DNA from: Megasphaera elsdenii DSM 20460
Lineage (GTDB): Bacteria; Bacillota; Negativicutes; Veillonellales; Megasphaeraceae
Reading direction: 5' to 3'
Assembly (NCBI RefSeq): GCF_003010495.1
Contig: NZ_CP027570.1
Coordinates: 1,980,001-2,012,000, forward strand
Length of the DNA stretch: 32,000 nucleotides
A model generated the notes under the pieces. It ran no database searches. It was not told where the DNA came from and worked only from the letters and a program-made list of their open reading frames with translations. Of the stretch, positions 15,889-25,053 are shown in pieces (position 1 is the stretch's first letter; the number at the start of each line of letters is the position of its first letter). A program made the translations under genes and the position numbers.

Positions 15889-17745
15889 TGGTCTAAGCCA
15901 ATCCCAAAAGCTCCCCAAGCATTAACTGTTAATACCGAGTTCCAAGGGTTGCTTATTTCTTACAGCCCTATTCCCGAAGACTGTATCGGTATCTGTATCT
16001 CTATTAACGGGGAAAAACATTTTACCTCCGATGATTCTTTCCATTACTACTGTGTCATGGGGGATTTTACGGTCAAGGCTGCTTATTATGATTGCTTTGG
16101 GGAGGGAACGTGGACTAAAGAACAAACTGTCAGTCTTGTGACTCTGGTGGACCCGGCTTGGTTAAAGAGGGAAAGTATTACGCTAGAAAAAGTTGACAAG
16201 AGCATACAAACAGCCGTAAAAGATGCTCAGGATAGTGTAACAGGAATCGCGGAGCTTAAAACGACTACAGATTCCATCTCATCTACTGTTTCCTCGAATA
16301 AAGCTGCTCAGGACGCCCAAAACAAGAAGTTTGTTTCTCAGATTTCCCAGACAAGCTCCCAAGTTTCCTCCGTTGTTACAGATTTGTCTAACGCTAAAAC
16401 AGATTTAAGCAATACCAAGGCACAGGTGAACAGTAATTATACAGCCATCCTCCAGAATCAAAACGATATTGCTCTAAGGGTAAAGACTGGAGAGCTTATC
16501 CAGCAAATAAACCTATCGAAAGAGGGGGTTGCGATAAATGGTAGCAAGGTTCATATTACTGGAGAGACTGTGTTTGATAACGGTGTAATCGTATCTTCGT
16601 ACCTTGGTGACAAGCAGATAGTTGGGACCAAGATTGCTGACGGAGCTATTACGACCGGAAAATTGTCGGCAAATAGTGTCACAGCAGGAAAGTTGGCTTC
16701 TAACTCAGTGACGACTGACAAGATTGCGGCGGGAGCTATTAAATCAGATAAACTCGACACAGGAGCGGTTACAGCGGACAAAATCAAGGCTGGGGCTATT
16801 ACTGCTGATAAACTCACTTCCGGTGCCGTAACCGCTGATAAGCTAGCCGCCAATACGATTAATCTGGCAGGAGCTTTAAAGATTGTTGGCGGTAACGTTA
16901 CACTGGACGAAGACGGTATGACAGTCAAAGAAACAAATGGGAGTTCCGTTCTGTTTGGTGAAAATGGTATGTCATTTGTCGATAGCAATGGTCACACGTT
17001 TTCAGGTATTGGGAGATTTTGTACAGGAATCGTGAACGACGGCCAGACTGTTAAATTCGCTAACCCGTGGGACATCACTCCAACCGTCTTTTTATTCCCT
17101 ATAAGACTACAAACTTCGGCTGTTGGGTACACCAATATCAATATGTATCAAGACGTAGAAGCCATTAATGTGTCGGCTAATGGGTTCACCGCAGTTTGTA
17201 AATCGGTTTTGAAAGCTGGTAGTGGCTCTAATATCCCAGTTTCATGGGAATGTCGTGGTAGTAATGAAAACCCAGGCGGCAATGGTAAAAATGAAAGTTA
17301 TAAATATAACATTAACGTCCCAACGTCTGCCACCCATATTTGGATTTCCATAGAAATCTCTGCCTTTTATCAAAGCTATGTTCGGGTAGGCAAAAATGAC
17401 TATCACGCGTTTGTCGCTTGGGACGAAGGGTCTGTTTCTGTTTCGACAAACACTGGTGTAAGTGAAGCCCGTAACAATTGTGTTAATGGATATGATGGGC
17501 AAAGTGCAGGGGAAGATACTTATAGTCACTATAAAAGAGATACCAAGAGTTTTACGTTTGACATGGACCTCTCACATGTTTCAACTGTAACGGTTACATT
17601 TTCGTTTAGCGGGGCATGTGATTCTCGGTCGTATGGAAAAATACTATCATACCGTACTAACCTAAATTCTGATGTCACGGTTTGTAGAGGGACAGCTGGC
17701 TTTATTGCTATTGACCCGAATACAGTTCCTTACACTATTTCATAG
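15889..17745 (+). pseudogene. 5'-truncated tail / minor structural protein (C-terminal about 619 codons)
   Basis: The reading frame enters directly from the IS end. The phage-derived part starts mid-domain (WSKPIPKAPQALTVNTEF...). It then has a coiled-coil-like Ser/Thr/Gln region, seven decapeptide repeats and a C-terminal beta-rich domain. The first 10 codons of ORF 15859..17745 are IS sequence. Confidence 0.7.
16636..16845 (+). repeat. seven tandem 30-nt (decapeptide) repeats inside the tail protein
   Basis: ADGAITTGKL / SANSVTAGKL / ASNSVTTDKI / AAGAIKSDKL / DTGAVTADKI / KAGAITADKL / TSGAVTADKL. Confidence 0.85.
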
Positions 17746-17754
17746 GAGGAGATT

Positions 17755-17913
17755 ATGGAATATAAAAAGTATGTTCAAAAGCCATTTGAAGTAGAAGCAT
17801 ATCAAAATGATTCTGGCGACTATGTGTTTCGCTATAAAACGAACGGCGAATATATAGAAAGTACAATGCCTAAAGAATCTTTTGAATCTATATACGAATT
17901 AAAGGAGGAATAG
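17755..17913 (+). CDS. small hypothetical protein (52 aa), below the ORF-track size cutoff
   Basis: The ATG lies 4 nt after AGGAGGAG (17744-17751). The stop TAG at 17911-17913 abuts the next gene's ATG at 17914. Reads MEYKKYVQKPFEVEAYQNDSGDYVFRYKTNGEYIESTMPKESFESIYELKEE. Confidence 0.5.
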   Translation: MEYKKYVQKPFEVEAYQNDSGDYVFRYKTNGEYIESTMPKESFESIYELKEE

Positions 17914-18303
17914 ATGGCTAAAATAAAACAAACTACCCCCACCCACGACTTTGTAGTCCCTCAGGGTGAGGATTTTATTTTCCAGCTCAAACTATATACC
18001 GGGGACAACACAGGCAAACAACCTCTCAACATAACAGGATATCAATTCCGGTGTGAGGTGAGAGAGGAAGCTGGCGATGATTCCCCCGCCATGACAGCCG
18101 ATTGCCATATCGTGAATAATGTAAGCGGTATCGTGGAAATCCATTTTAAGGCGGATGATAGTGACACCCTGGAATTAGATGGCACTTATTACGGGGAATT
18201 ATCCCAGTATACATACGACGTATTTGAAGTAGATTCAGATGGACTCGAAAAAAGAATCCTTTGCGGATACTTATACGTTTCTCCGTCTGTATCAAATCGG
18301 TGA
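17914..18303 (+). CDS. hypothetical virion-associated protein (129 aa, beta-rich)
   Basis: The ATG at 17914 follows AAGGAGGA. Located between the tail genes. Confidence 0.7.
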   Translation: MAKIKQTTPTHDFVVPQGEDFIFQLKLYTGDNTGKQPLNITGYQFRCEVREEAGDDSPAMTADCHIVNNVSGIVEIHFKADDSDTLELDGTYYGELSQYTYDVFEVDSDGLEKRILCGYLYVSPSVSNR

Positions 18304-18304
18304 G

Positions 18305-20614
18305 GTGAGACAAATAGAAACAATCGAAGTTATTCTCCCTAAAGAGAAGGAGTTAGTTGAACTGAGTACCGGTTTAAAAGGAGAAACCGGGGTTAGTATT
18401 ACAGACTTTGTTCTAAACGAAGATGGGACGACGATAACCACTTTTGATAACGGAGAAAAGAGGGAAGCCAAACTAACCAGCTTTGTTAAGGTAAAAGAGG
18501 AAGCTGATAAAGCTCAGAAGAGTGCAGAGGCAGCTTACACGTCTATGGTGGCGGCGCAGGACTCCGAACGAAAAGCATCCGTCAGTGAGATTAACACCAA
18601 ATCCTCTGAGCAAGCTTCTAAATTAAGTGAAACCAATGCCCGAAAAAGCGAAGAAAGTGCGGCATCATCTGCGGCAACAGCCACTGGGCAAGCCTCTAGT
18701 GCCAGAACTTCTGCGTCTAATGCTTCTGTGAGTGAGGCTAACTCAAAAGCCTCTGAGAAAGCGGCTTCAGTCTCCGCATCCAATGCAAAGGCAAGTGCCG
18801 ATACCGCTTCCACTCAAGCATCAGCCTCGGCCTCTAGTGCGACTAGTGCAAAAAATTCAGCCACGTCTGCTAGTCAATCAGCTTCCAGTGCCTCTTCTAG
18901 TGCCTCCTCCGCAAGCAATAGTGCATCTTCGGCAGCTAGTAGCGCGGCTTCTGCTAGCGATTCAAAAGATAAAGCTTCTGAATATAAGACATCGGCAAGT
19001 GGTAGTGCCACAGCGGCGGCTTCTTCGGCATCTTCTGCTAGCACATCGGCCACAAATGCTAAAGCGGCCATGAACACTGCTAATACAGCGGCATCTTCTG
19101 CAAGCACATCGGCTACGAGTGCAAGTACTTCTGCTAGTAATGCCTCTAAGTCGGAGGTAGCCGCCAAGTCTGCTCAGGCTGAAGCAGAAAAAGCTAGAGA
19201 CGAAGCAAATAGTGCTCTTGCGAAAATCTCTGGTGCCCTCAAATATATGGGGCAGGTAGATAACTATAACGACTTACCTTCCACTGGTAATTCTAAAGGG
19301 GATACTTGGAATGTAGTCAATGCCGACCTCTCGCACCATATCAAAGCCGGAGATAATGTGGCATGGAATGGGACAGAGTGGGATGACTTATCTGGGGTAG
19401 TAGATTTATCGGCTTATGCAGAAAAAACTGACTATCAGAAAGCAATCACTTCGGCCACAGCCAATGGAGCCACGATTACCTTTAATCACAAAGATGGTAC
19501 AACTTCTACAGCTACGGTCAACAATGTGGCTTCTGCCACAGCGGCTACAAATGATGCCAAAGGACAGAAAATTGATACCACTTACGAAAAGATTTCCGAT
19601 GCTTCTAACGTCCACGCATCTTTGCAGAATAGTATTAATACCAAGTTAGATAAAACGGGAACTGCTGTTTCTGCAACAAAGCTAAGTACAGCCAGAACAA
19701 TTCAAATTAACCTTGCAAGCACAACAGCAACCGCTTTTGACGGAAGCGCTAATATTACTCCGGGAGTTACTGGAACATTATCAGTCAGTAATGGCGGTAC
19801 CGGTTCAAATTCATTAGCTAATATTATAGTTGGTAGAGCGACATCTGATGATCATGGCAATAATATTGCTAACACATATCTAAAAAAGGCTTCTGCATTA
19901 GGAAAGAATAATTTAAATACAATTACAGCTGAAGGCATTTATTATCAGAACGGTAACGATGCTTCTAACGTAACGGATTCTAACTACCCATGTAATAGAG
20001 CAGGTTCTTTAATAGTAACTACTAATTATGCTGACGGTGATAGTGGATGCTCTCAAATTTATATTCCATATGATAATAATACTATATATATTAGACATCA
20101 TATGGCAAGAAGTGGTATATGGTCTTCCTGGTCTAATTTAGCGACTACTGACAGTAATGTAAATAGTGCTAATAAATTAGCTACAGCTAGAACGATAAGC
20201 CTAACGGGCAACGCGACTGGTTCTGCTAGTTTTGACGGTAGTGGAGACATTAGTATTAGTACTACTGTTAATGAAAGTAAGCACGCGGCGGCGGCGGATA
20301 TAGCAAAGACGTTGCAGTTAGTAGAAGGCGACAGATCAACGAGTCAGGCTACGTTTAACTGGATTGGAAAGGACGGACAGCCGGCGTGGCTATGGGGCGG
20401 TAACGGCATGAACAATATGTATGTCTACAACCCGTCAAATTTCTACGTCGCGAGAGCTAAAAGTGCGGATACGGCTACGAAAGCTAATCAGGATGCTTCC
20501 GGGAATGTTATCACAGATACCTATGCTAAAAAAACATATGTAGATGAACGTATTGCAGCTCTTGAGGATGCTGTCAACACCTTAAAGAAAGGAGCGACTA
20601 CTACAAATGGCTAA
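18305..20614 (+). CDS. tail fiber protein with long Ser/Ala-rich low-complexity stalk
   Basis: ORF 18239..20614. A GTG at 18305 just after the upstream stop is the likeliest start. Motifs include KGDTWNV...GDNVAWNGTEWDDLSG and two K(L)(S/A)TARTI...FDGS..I repeats. Also LSVSNGGTGS, typical of phage fibers. Confidence 0.8.
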   Translation: MRQIETIEVILPKEKELVELSTGLKGETGVSITDFVLNEDGTTITTFDNGEKREAKLTSFVKVKEEADKAQKSAEAAYTSMVAAQDSERKASVSEINTKSSEQASKLSETNARKSEESAASSAATATGQASSARTSASNASVSEANSKASEKAASVSASNAKASADTASTQASASASSATSAKNSATSASQSASSASSSASSASNSASSAASSAASASDSKDKASEYKTSASGSATAAASSASSASTSATNAKAAMNTANTAASSASTSATSASTSASNASKSEVAAKSAQAEAEKARDEANSALAKISGALKYMGQVDNYNDLPSTGNSKGDTWNVVNADLSHHIKAGDNVAWNGTEWDDLSGVVDLSAYAEKTDYQKAITSATANGATITFNHKDGTTSTATVNNVASATAATNDAKGQKIDTTYEKISDASNVHASLQNSINTKLDKTGTAVSATKLSTARTIQINLASTTATAFDGSANITPGVTGTLSVSNGGTGSNSLANIIVGRATSDDHGNNIANTYLKKASALGKNNLNTITAEGIYYQNGNDASNVTDSNYPCNRAGSLIVTTNYADGDSGCSQIYIPYDNNTIYIRHHMARSGIWSSWSNLATTDSNVNSANKLATARTISLTGNATGSASFDGSGDISISTTVNESKHAAAADIAKTLQLVEGDRSTSQATFNWIGKDGQPAWLWGGNGMNNMYVYNPSNFYVARAKSADTATKANQDASGNVITDTYAKKTYVDERIAALEDAVNTLKKGATTTNG
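18510..19230 (+). repeat. Ser/Ala/Thr-rich low-complexity coding region (GCN/TCN-rich)
   Basis: Runs such as SASSASSSASSASNSASSAASSAASAS. This produces spurious ORFs in other frames and on the opposite strand. Confidence 0.8.
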
Positions 20615-20723
20615 ATATTTGGCGTACCAGATTATCTTACACAAACCGATGTATAACAACATTATTGCAAGGTTCCCTAAGTACAAAGAAGGTATTGACA
20701 AGGTACTTGACGATATGGGGTAG
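20607..20723 (+). CDS. small protein (38 aa) downstream of the tail fiber
   Basis: The ATG overlaps the fiber gene's end. Reads MAKYLAYQIILHKPMYNNIIARFPKYKEGIDKVLDDMG. It resembles the short conserved proteins that often follow fiber genes in Firmicute phages. Its stop overlaps the next gene's SD. Confidence 0.4.
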   Translation: MAKYLAYQIILHKPMYNNIIARFPKYKEGIDKVLDDMG

Positions 20724-20732
20724 GTGATATAA

Positions 20733-22244
20733 CTGGCTAAACAAGTAGGAAAATCAAAAAGGGTCAAAGAGTTTGATGTTGGCTCTCTGGTCGGAGGGAT
20801 GGATGTAGCCACTGACCCCTGGCTCCTTCATTCAAAAGAAAACCGGGCCCAAGTTATTGAGAATATGGAATTCGATGCAGAGGGGGAACGCCTCATATCT
20901 CGTCGAGGATTAGGCTCTCCACTCTATACATTCCCGGCTGATATTTTTTATATCTGGTACGACTACGGATTGAATAACTATATCGTTTTCCTAAAAAATA
21001 AAAATGTGTATACTTACGAGTTCGGTAAGACCCCGACGTTCATAGGAACCATTAACGGAGATGTTACCCATAAACCACAACTAGCTAGGTTTACAAACGC
21101 AAACGGGACAAAATTACTTATTTCGAGTGGCTCAAAATTGCAATACTACGAATATAGCGGTACGAGTATAAATACCAATGAACAGATGCCAGAATGTGAC
21201 GAAGTTATGGAACGGTTTAGTCGTGTTCTTGTTACTCACTCTAGCACGAATAATATAAAATATTCCGGAGTCCTTGACCCAATGAACTGGACAGAAAACA
21301 GTAACGACGCATCCGCAATGAAAGATTTGGATGTAGGCGACGTTTCAGCTGTAGTTGGAATTTACCCCTTGGCCTCTGAGCTGATCGTCTTCAAGGCTAA
21401 TGGTCGTATATATAAAATAGCTAATGAACCGGAAGATTGGAATGTCACTTTGGTTGGAACGGATAGTGATTTTATCGCCCGGGACGCTATGACTAACCTT
21501 GGGGAAGATGTTGTTTATTTCTCTCGGCAAGGGCTTAGGTCACTCCAGACCACAGAAACATATGGCAACTTCAAATCGCAGGAAATCGGGGAAGCCATGA
21601 ATCCAGAAATGAAAAAGGATACAGGGGCCCCATGGCTTTTCAAGAGTCAGAGAACGCATCAGCTGTTTGTCAATCCAAACAATGGCCCGGTAATCTATGT
21701 ATATCATTACCAACTTGGAGCTTTTACAAAGTGGATTTTCCCCAAACCTATCCAGACAATCGCCGAGGGGACAGAAAAGACCTTAGTCGGATGTGGGAAA
21801 GAGCTTTTTGAATTATCATCATCGAATCATACAGACGTAGTGGCAGGAACAGAGACTAAAATTCACCAGAGAATCGTTTCCGCTATCCTCGGTGATTTAA
21901 ATGTCATGACATTATACCGCTCCCATCTCATTATAGATAGTGAAGATGCAGGCACAGCCAAACTCACGGTTAATGACGTGTCTTGGGATTGGAACTGGAC
22001 AAAAGAAAAACAGAGAGAAGAGTTTAAGACGCAAATAAGAGCCGATAAGATGACTTTTACCTTCGAGACAGATGATATTATTGTATGGCATTTATGGGCC
22101 GCTGTTATCGTCCAGCAATACGTAACAATGACATCGGAGGGAACATCCTCCGGGAGAGGAAGTAGCTGGAGTAAAGGTAGTAGTTGGGGCCAAGGTACAT
22201 TCGATGGTTCGGTCAGTGATTCAGATGGGAGTCCTTATGGTTAA
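20733..22244 (+). CDS. virion structural protein (about 503 aa); possible CTG start, otherwise ATG at 20799
   Basis: ORF 20799..22244. The frame is open back to the stop at 20730-20732. A CTG at 20733 lies 5 nt after AGGTGA (20722-20727). The ATG at 20799 has GGAGGG immediately adjacent, with no spacer. Confidence 0.7.
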   Translation: MAKQVGKSKRVKEFDVGSLVGGMDVATDPWLLHSKENRAQVIENMEFDAEGERLISRRGLGSPLYTFPADIFYIWYDYGLNNYIVFLKNKNVYTYEFGKTPTFIGTINGDVTHKPQLARFTNANGTKLLISSGSKLQYYEYSGTSINTNEQMPECDEVMERFSRVLVTHSSTNNIKYSGVLDPMNWTENSNDASAMKDLDVGDVSAVVGIYPLASELIVFKANGRIYKIANEPEDWNVTLVGTDSDFIARDAMTNLGEDVVYFSRQGLRSLQTTETYGNFKSQEIGEAMNPEMKKDTGAPWLFKSQRTHQLFVNPNNGPVIYVYHYQLGAFTKWIFPKPIQTIAEGTEKTLVGCGKELFELSSSNHTDVVAGTETKIHQRIVSAILGDLNVMTLYRSHLIIDSEDAGTAKLTVNDVSWDWNWTKEKQREEFKTQIRADKMTFTFETDDIIVWHLWAAVIVQQYVTMTSEGTSSGRGSSWSKGSSWGQGTFDGSVSDSDGSPYG

Positions 22245-22608
22245 TACGAAAGATGTATTGTTCTACATAGAAAAATATGATAAGAAGTTGAAATCTCACT
22301 TCTTTGAAGATTGGGATTTAAAGAGGTTCCCGTTCGTGCTATTAATGCCGGACGGGAGCTTTTCTACATACGGTGTTAAGCCAGACGCTATAGAGATTGG
22401 GCCAACCAGTGGACATCTCAGAACAATGCTGACCATCTACGAGGGAATGGCAAGGCACATTGGTATAGCCAAGCTTAGGACATTCACGACGAGAAATCCT
22501 ATAGCTTACGCTAAACTTAGTGGTGCCACTCTGGTGGATTCGATTGAAGAATATGGCCAGCCCACGGAATATATTTTTGAAAAGGAGGTTTTAAATGGGG
22601 AAAAGTAA
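22237..22608 (+). CDS. hypothetical virion protein (123 aa)
   Basis: The ATG at 22237 overlaps the upstream stop. GGGAG lies 6 nt upstream. Confidence 0.65.
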   Translation: MVNTKDVLFYIEKYDKKLKSHFFEDWDLKRFPFVLLMPDGSFSTYGVKPDAIEIGPTSGHLRTMLTIYEGMARHIGIAKLRTFTTRNPIAYAKLSGATLVDSIEEYGQPTEYIFEKEVLNGEK

Positions 22609-23284
22609 GACTGAGTACCACGAAAGACCGTTGTCACCGGAAGAAAGACAACTTTATGCACAGCAGGTCCAGTATATGCAAACCATCCAACCCGGGATTG
22701 ACGCCTTAATTGCTAAAGGGATGTCTAACATTAAGAAAACATACGATCCAGACTGGGGAAAGGTGTTTGATACATATTCTAGCAATATTCAGGACATTCT
22801 TGACCGACAGGCCAACCTTCTCGATGGAAATTTACCTTCCCAATGGCAGACGGCCAGACAGAATTACTATAACCGGTTATATGAAAATACCATGGGACAG
22901 GGCCTTCAGCAGATGGCTAAGAATGGGGTTGTTGGTAGTTCTCGAATGAATACGGCGACAAACGATTGGCAGAAGAACCTGTCAGCTCAGATGAGTAAAG
23001 ATTACACAAATGACGTGAACCTCTATAATAATCTTCTCAATACCCGTGAAAGCTGGTTGCAGAACGGATTCAATACACAAGCACAAGCAGCCGAACAGAG
23101 CCGCAGACAGGCTACGGACTACTTCAATGCTGCTAGAGGTACTCAGCAATCGAATACAGCGGCCCTTTCGGCTATCGGTAATAACGAAAACGGCCGTGGC
23201 TATCTCACACAGTCAGGCGGTGGCTTCGGTAACTTATTGGGCGGCTTAGTTGATATGGGTAGCAGTTTCTTCGGTAGACGATAG
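22595..23284 (+). CDS. internal-virion-like protein (Gln/Asn-rich, Gly-rich C-terminus)
   Basis: The ORF overlaps the previous gene by 14 nt. Its composition resembles podovirus ejection or internal proteins. Confidence 0.65.
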   Translation: MGKSKTEYHERPLSPEERQLYAQQVQYMQTIQPGIDALIAKGMSNIKKTYDPDWGKVFDTYSSNIQDILDRQANLLDGNLPSQWQTARQNYYNRLYENTMGQGLQQMAKNGVVGSSRMNTATNDWQKNLSAQMSKDYTNDVNLYNNLLNTRESWLQNGFNTQAQAAEQSRRQATDYFNAARGTQQSNTAALSAIGNNENGRGYLTQSGGGFGNLLGGLVDMGSSFFGRR

Positions 23285-23295
23285 GAGGCAAGTAG

Positions 23296-24060
23296 ATGTT
23301 ATATATCCCAAATGATAAAACGTCTGACCCTCGGTACAACCTTGGGCAGATTGCCGGTCTTGCTTTAGGTAAAGCTTATGAAGCTAGAACATCTCGTGAG
23401 GCTGGGAAACAGGTTCAGAATCAGAGAGCCAAAGAGGCTTATGATATCCAGAATCAGCAGAATCAAGCTCTTCAAGGAGCTTACAACGCATATATTCAAG
23501 CCAAACAGAAAGAACAGGATGAAGGCCAGTTAGCGGCAAAAAATTATAATGATAACCCAACCCCTGAAAACTTCCAGAAGTTAGTCGACTTCGTTCATAA
23601 AGTTCATCCCGGAGCTGAAATCAATAATACGGCTATGACGGATGCACTTAATTATTCAAAGAGTGGCCAATCGGCCTCCTTGCAACCATACCGTCAGGCG
23701 GCAATGAGTGCGGCACAGGTTATCAATCCTTATGTAGATTTCTCTTCCTCTGATTGGGGGACGGATACCTATAACATGGGGTTGAACCGAGCCAACTATA
23801 CAAAGAACTTTGAGGAATCGAATAAAGGTAAGACCATTAATGGGAAGGGCGATAAGAAGTACCGGGAGTTCGTAGATTATAATAGTACCAACCCGTATAA
23901 TGCAGGAATCCAAGGCCCCTTACAGCCGAACCTTCCTCAAGCACAGCCTTTGAACTTGAAACTAAATACACCGAGCCCGACCCCTATGACTTTACAGGAT
24001 GCACAGCCTCTTGGTAATTATTTTAACTTTGGTGGATTACAAAAGTATGTCAATCAATAG
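23296..24060 (+). CDS. internal-virion-like protein (Gln/Asn/Pro-rich)
   Basis: ORF preceded by AGGAGG. Confidence 0.65.
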   Translation: MLYIPNDKTSDPRYNLGQIAGLALGKAYEARTSREAGKQVQNQRAKEAYDIQNQQNQALQGAYNAYIQAKQKEQDEGQLAAKNYNDNPTPENFQKLVDFVHKVHPGAEINNTAMTDALNYSKSGQSASLQPYRQAAMSAAQVINPYVDFSSSDWGTDTYNMGLNRANYTKNFEESNKGKTINGKGDKKYREFVDYNSTNPYNAGIQGPLQPNLPQAQPLNLKLNTPSPTPMTLQDAQPLGNYFNFGGLQKYVNQ

Positions 24061-24069
24061 GAGGAATGA

Positions 24070-25053
24070 ATGGCAGGATATGCAAGTTACATCGTAGATG
24101 CAGCCAATCAATATGGGATAGACCCGAATATTGCTCTTGCTATCGCTGCTCGTGAAACTGGTGGCGACGACGTAAACGCAATCAATATGGCTGACGGTGG
24201 CGGTTTAATGCAGATTACCGACGGTTCAGCCGCAGACTATGGGGTTAATGACTTATACCCTGACTGGGCCACGGACCCCCAACAGAACGCCTTAGGTGGT
24301 ATGCTCATTCTAAAGAAAAAAATTGATGAACAAGGTGGGGACGTATGGGCTGGGGTTAGAGCTTATAACGGAGCTGGCCCGATGGCTGACCAGTATTTGG
24401 CTCAGGTACAGCAGAACTATAACAATCTGGGTGGTTCAGGAAAGGGTACGTTTAACTTTCAAGCAAAAGATGCGCAGAATCGTCCTTTCTTAAATATCCT
24501 GACACACTTGCGAACGAGCGACCCAAACGAGCCTTTTGACTACAAAAGCATCTCTGAAATCATGGCTCAGTCTAATCCAGATGTGCGGAACGCTATTGAT
24601 GCCCAAAAGCTGACAAGTCGGGATTATGTCAACGATACGAACTTTATGAGTCCAGACGTAGCCAAGCTGGTTAGGCCGACATCTCAGACTTTGATGCAGA
24701 ACCGTATCGATGAAATCAAGGATAACATGGGTCAGCAGATGCTCCAGGATAATTTACGAAAGGGAATCAGTGCTATCAACCTAATTAATAAAAGTAACAA
24801 CGTAGACAATAAAGGGATGTACTCTGGGTTAATGAAATCTATTGGCATTGATGTTCCCAGTAACGTCGACCAATACGCTAATAGCGGGGATATGCTCGAT
24901 AGCATGATACAGGACGCAGAGAACGACCGGAAATATAATATGCAGGTACAGAAAGCGCAATTCGCACAACAGCAAAGAACAGCCCAGCAGGGGCTTTTAC
25001 AGGATAAATTGAATCACATGAATAAAATGTATTCCATGATGGGAGGTGCATGA
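24070..25053 (+). CDS. virion-associated lytic transglycosylase (SLT domain) with C-terminal module shared with the next gene
   Basis: AARETGG (catalytic Glu), GLMQI and RAYNGAG motifs. Confidence 0.8.
   Translation: MAGYASYIVDAANQYGIDPNIALAIAARETGGDDVNAINMADGGGLMQITDGSAADYGVNDLYPDWATDPQQNALGGMLILKKKIDEQGGDVWAGVRAYNGAGPMADQYLAQVQQNYNNLGGSGKGTFNFQAKDAQNRPFLNILTHLRTSDPNEPFDYKSISEIMAQSNPDVRNAIDAQKLTSRDYVNDTNFMSPDVAKLVRPTSQTLMQNRIDEIKDNMGQQMLQDNLRKGISAINLINKSNNVDNKGMYSGLMKSIGIDVPSNVDQYANSGDMLDSMIQDAENDRKYNMQVQKAQFAQQQRTAQQGLLQDKLNHMNKMYSMMGGA

Noticed and set aside
16551-16988. 145-aa - strand ORF within the tail protein gene
   Set aside because: It coincides with the decapeptide repeat region. 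The periodic sequence keeps the antisense frame open, and it has no RBS.
18535-19167. ORFs 18535..18813 (-), 18874..19167 (-) and 18732..19073 (+) overlapping the tail fiber gene
   Set aside because: They lie within the Ser/Ala low-complexity stalk, where GCN/TCN repeats suppress stops in several frames. Their products are Ala/Leu/Glu or Pro/Leu/Arg repeats with no start context.
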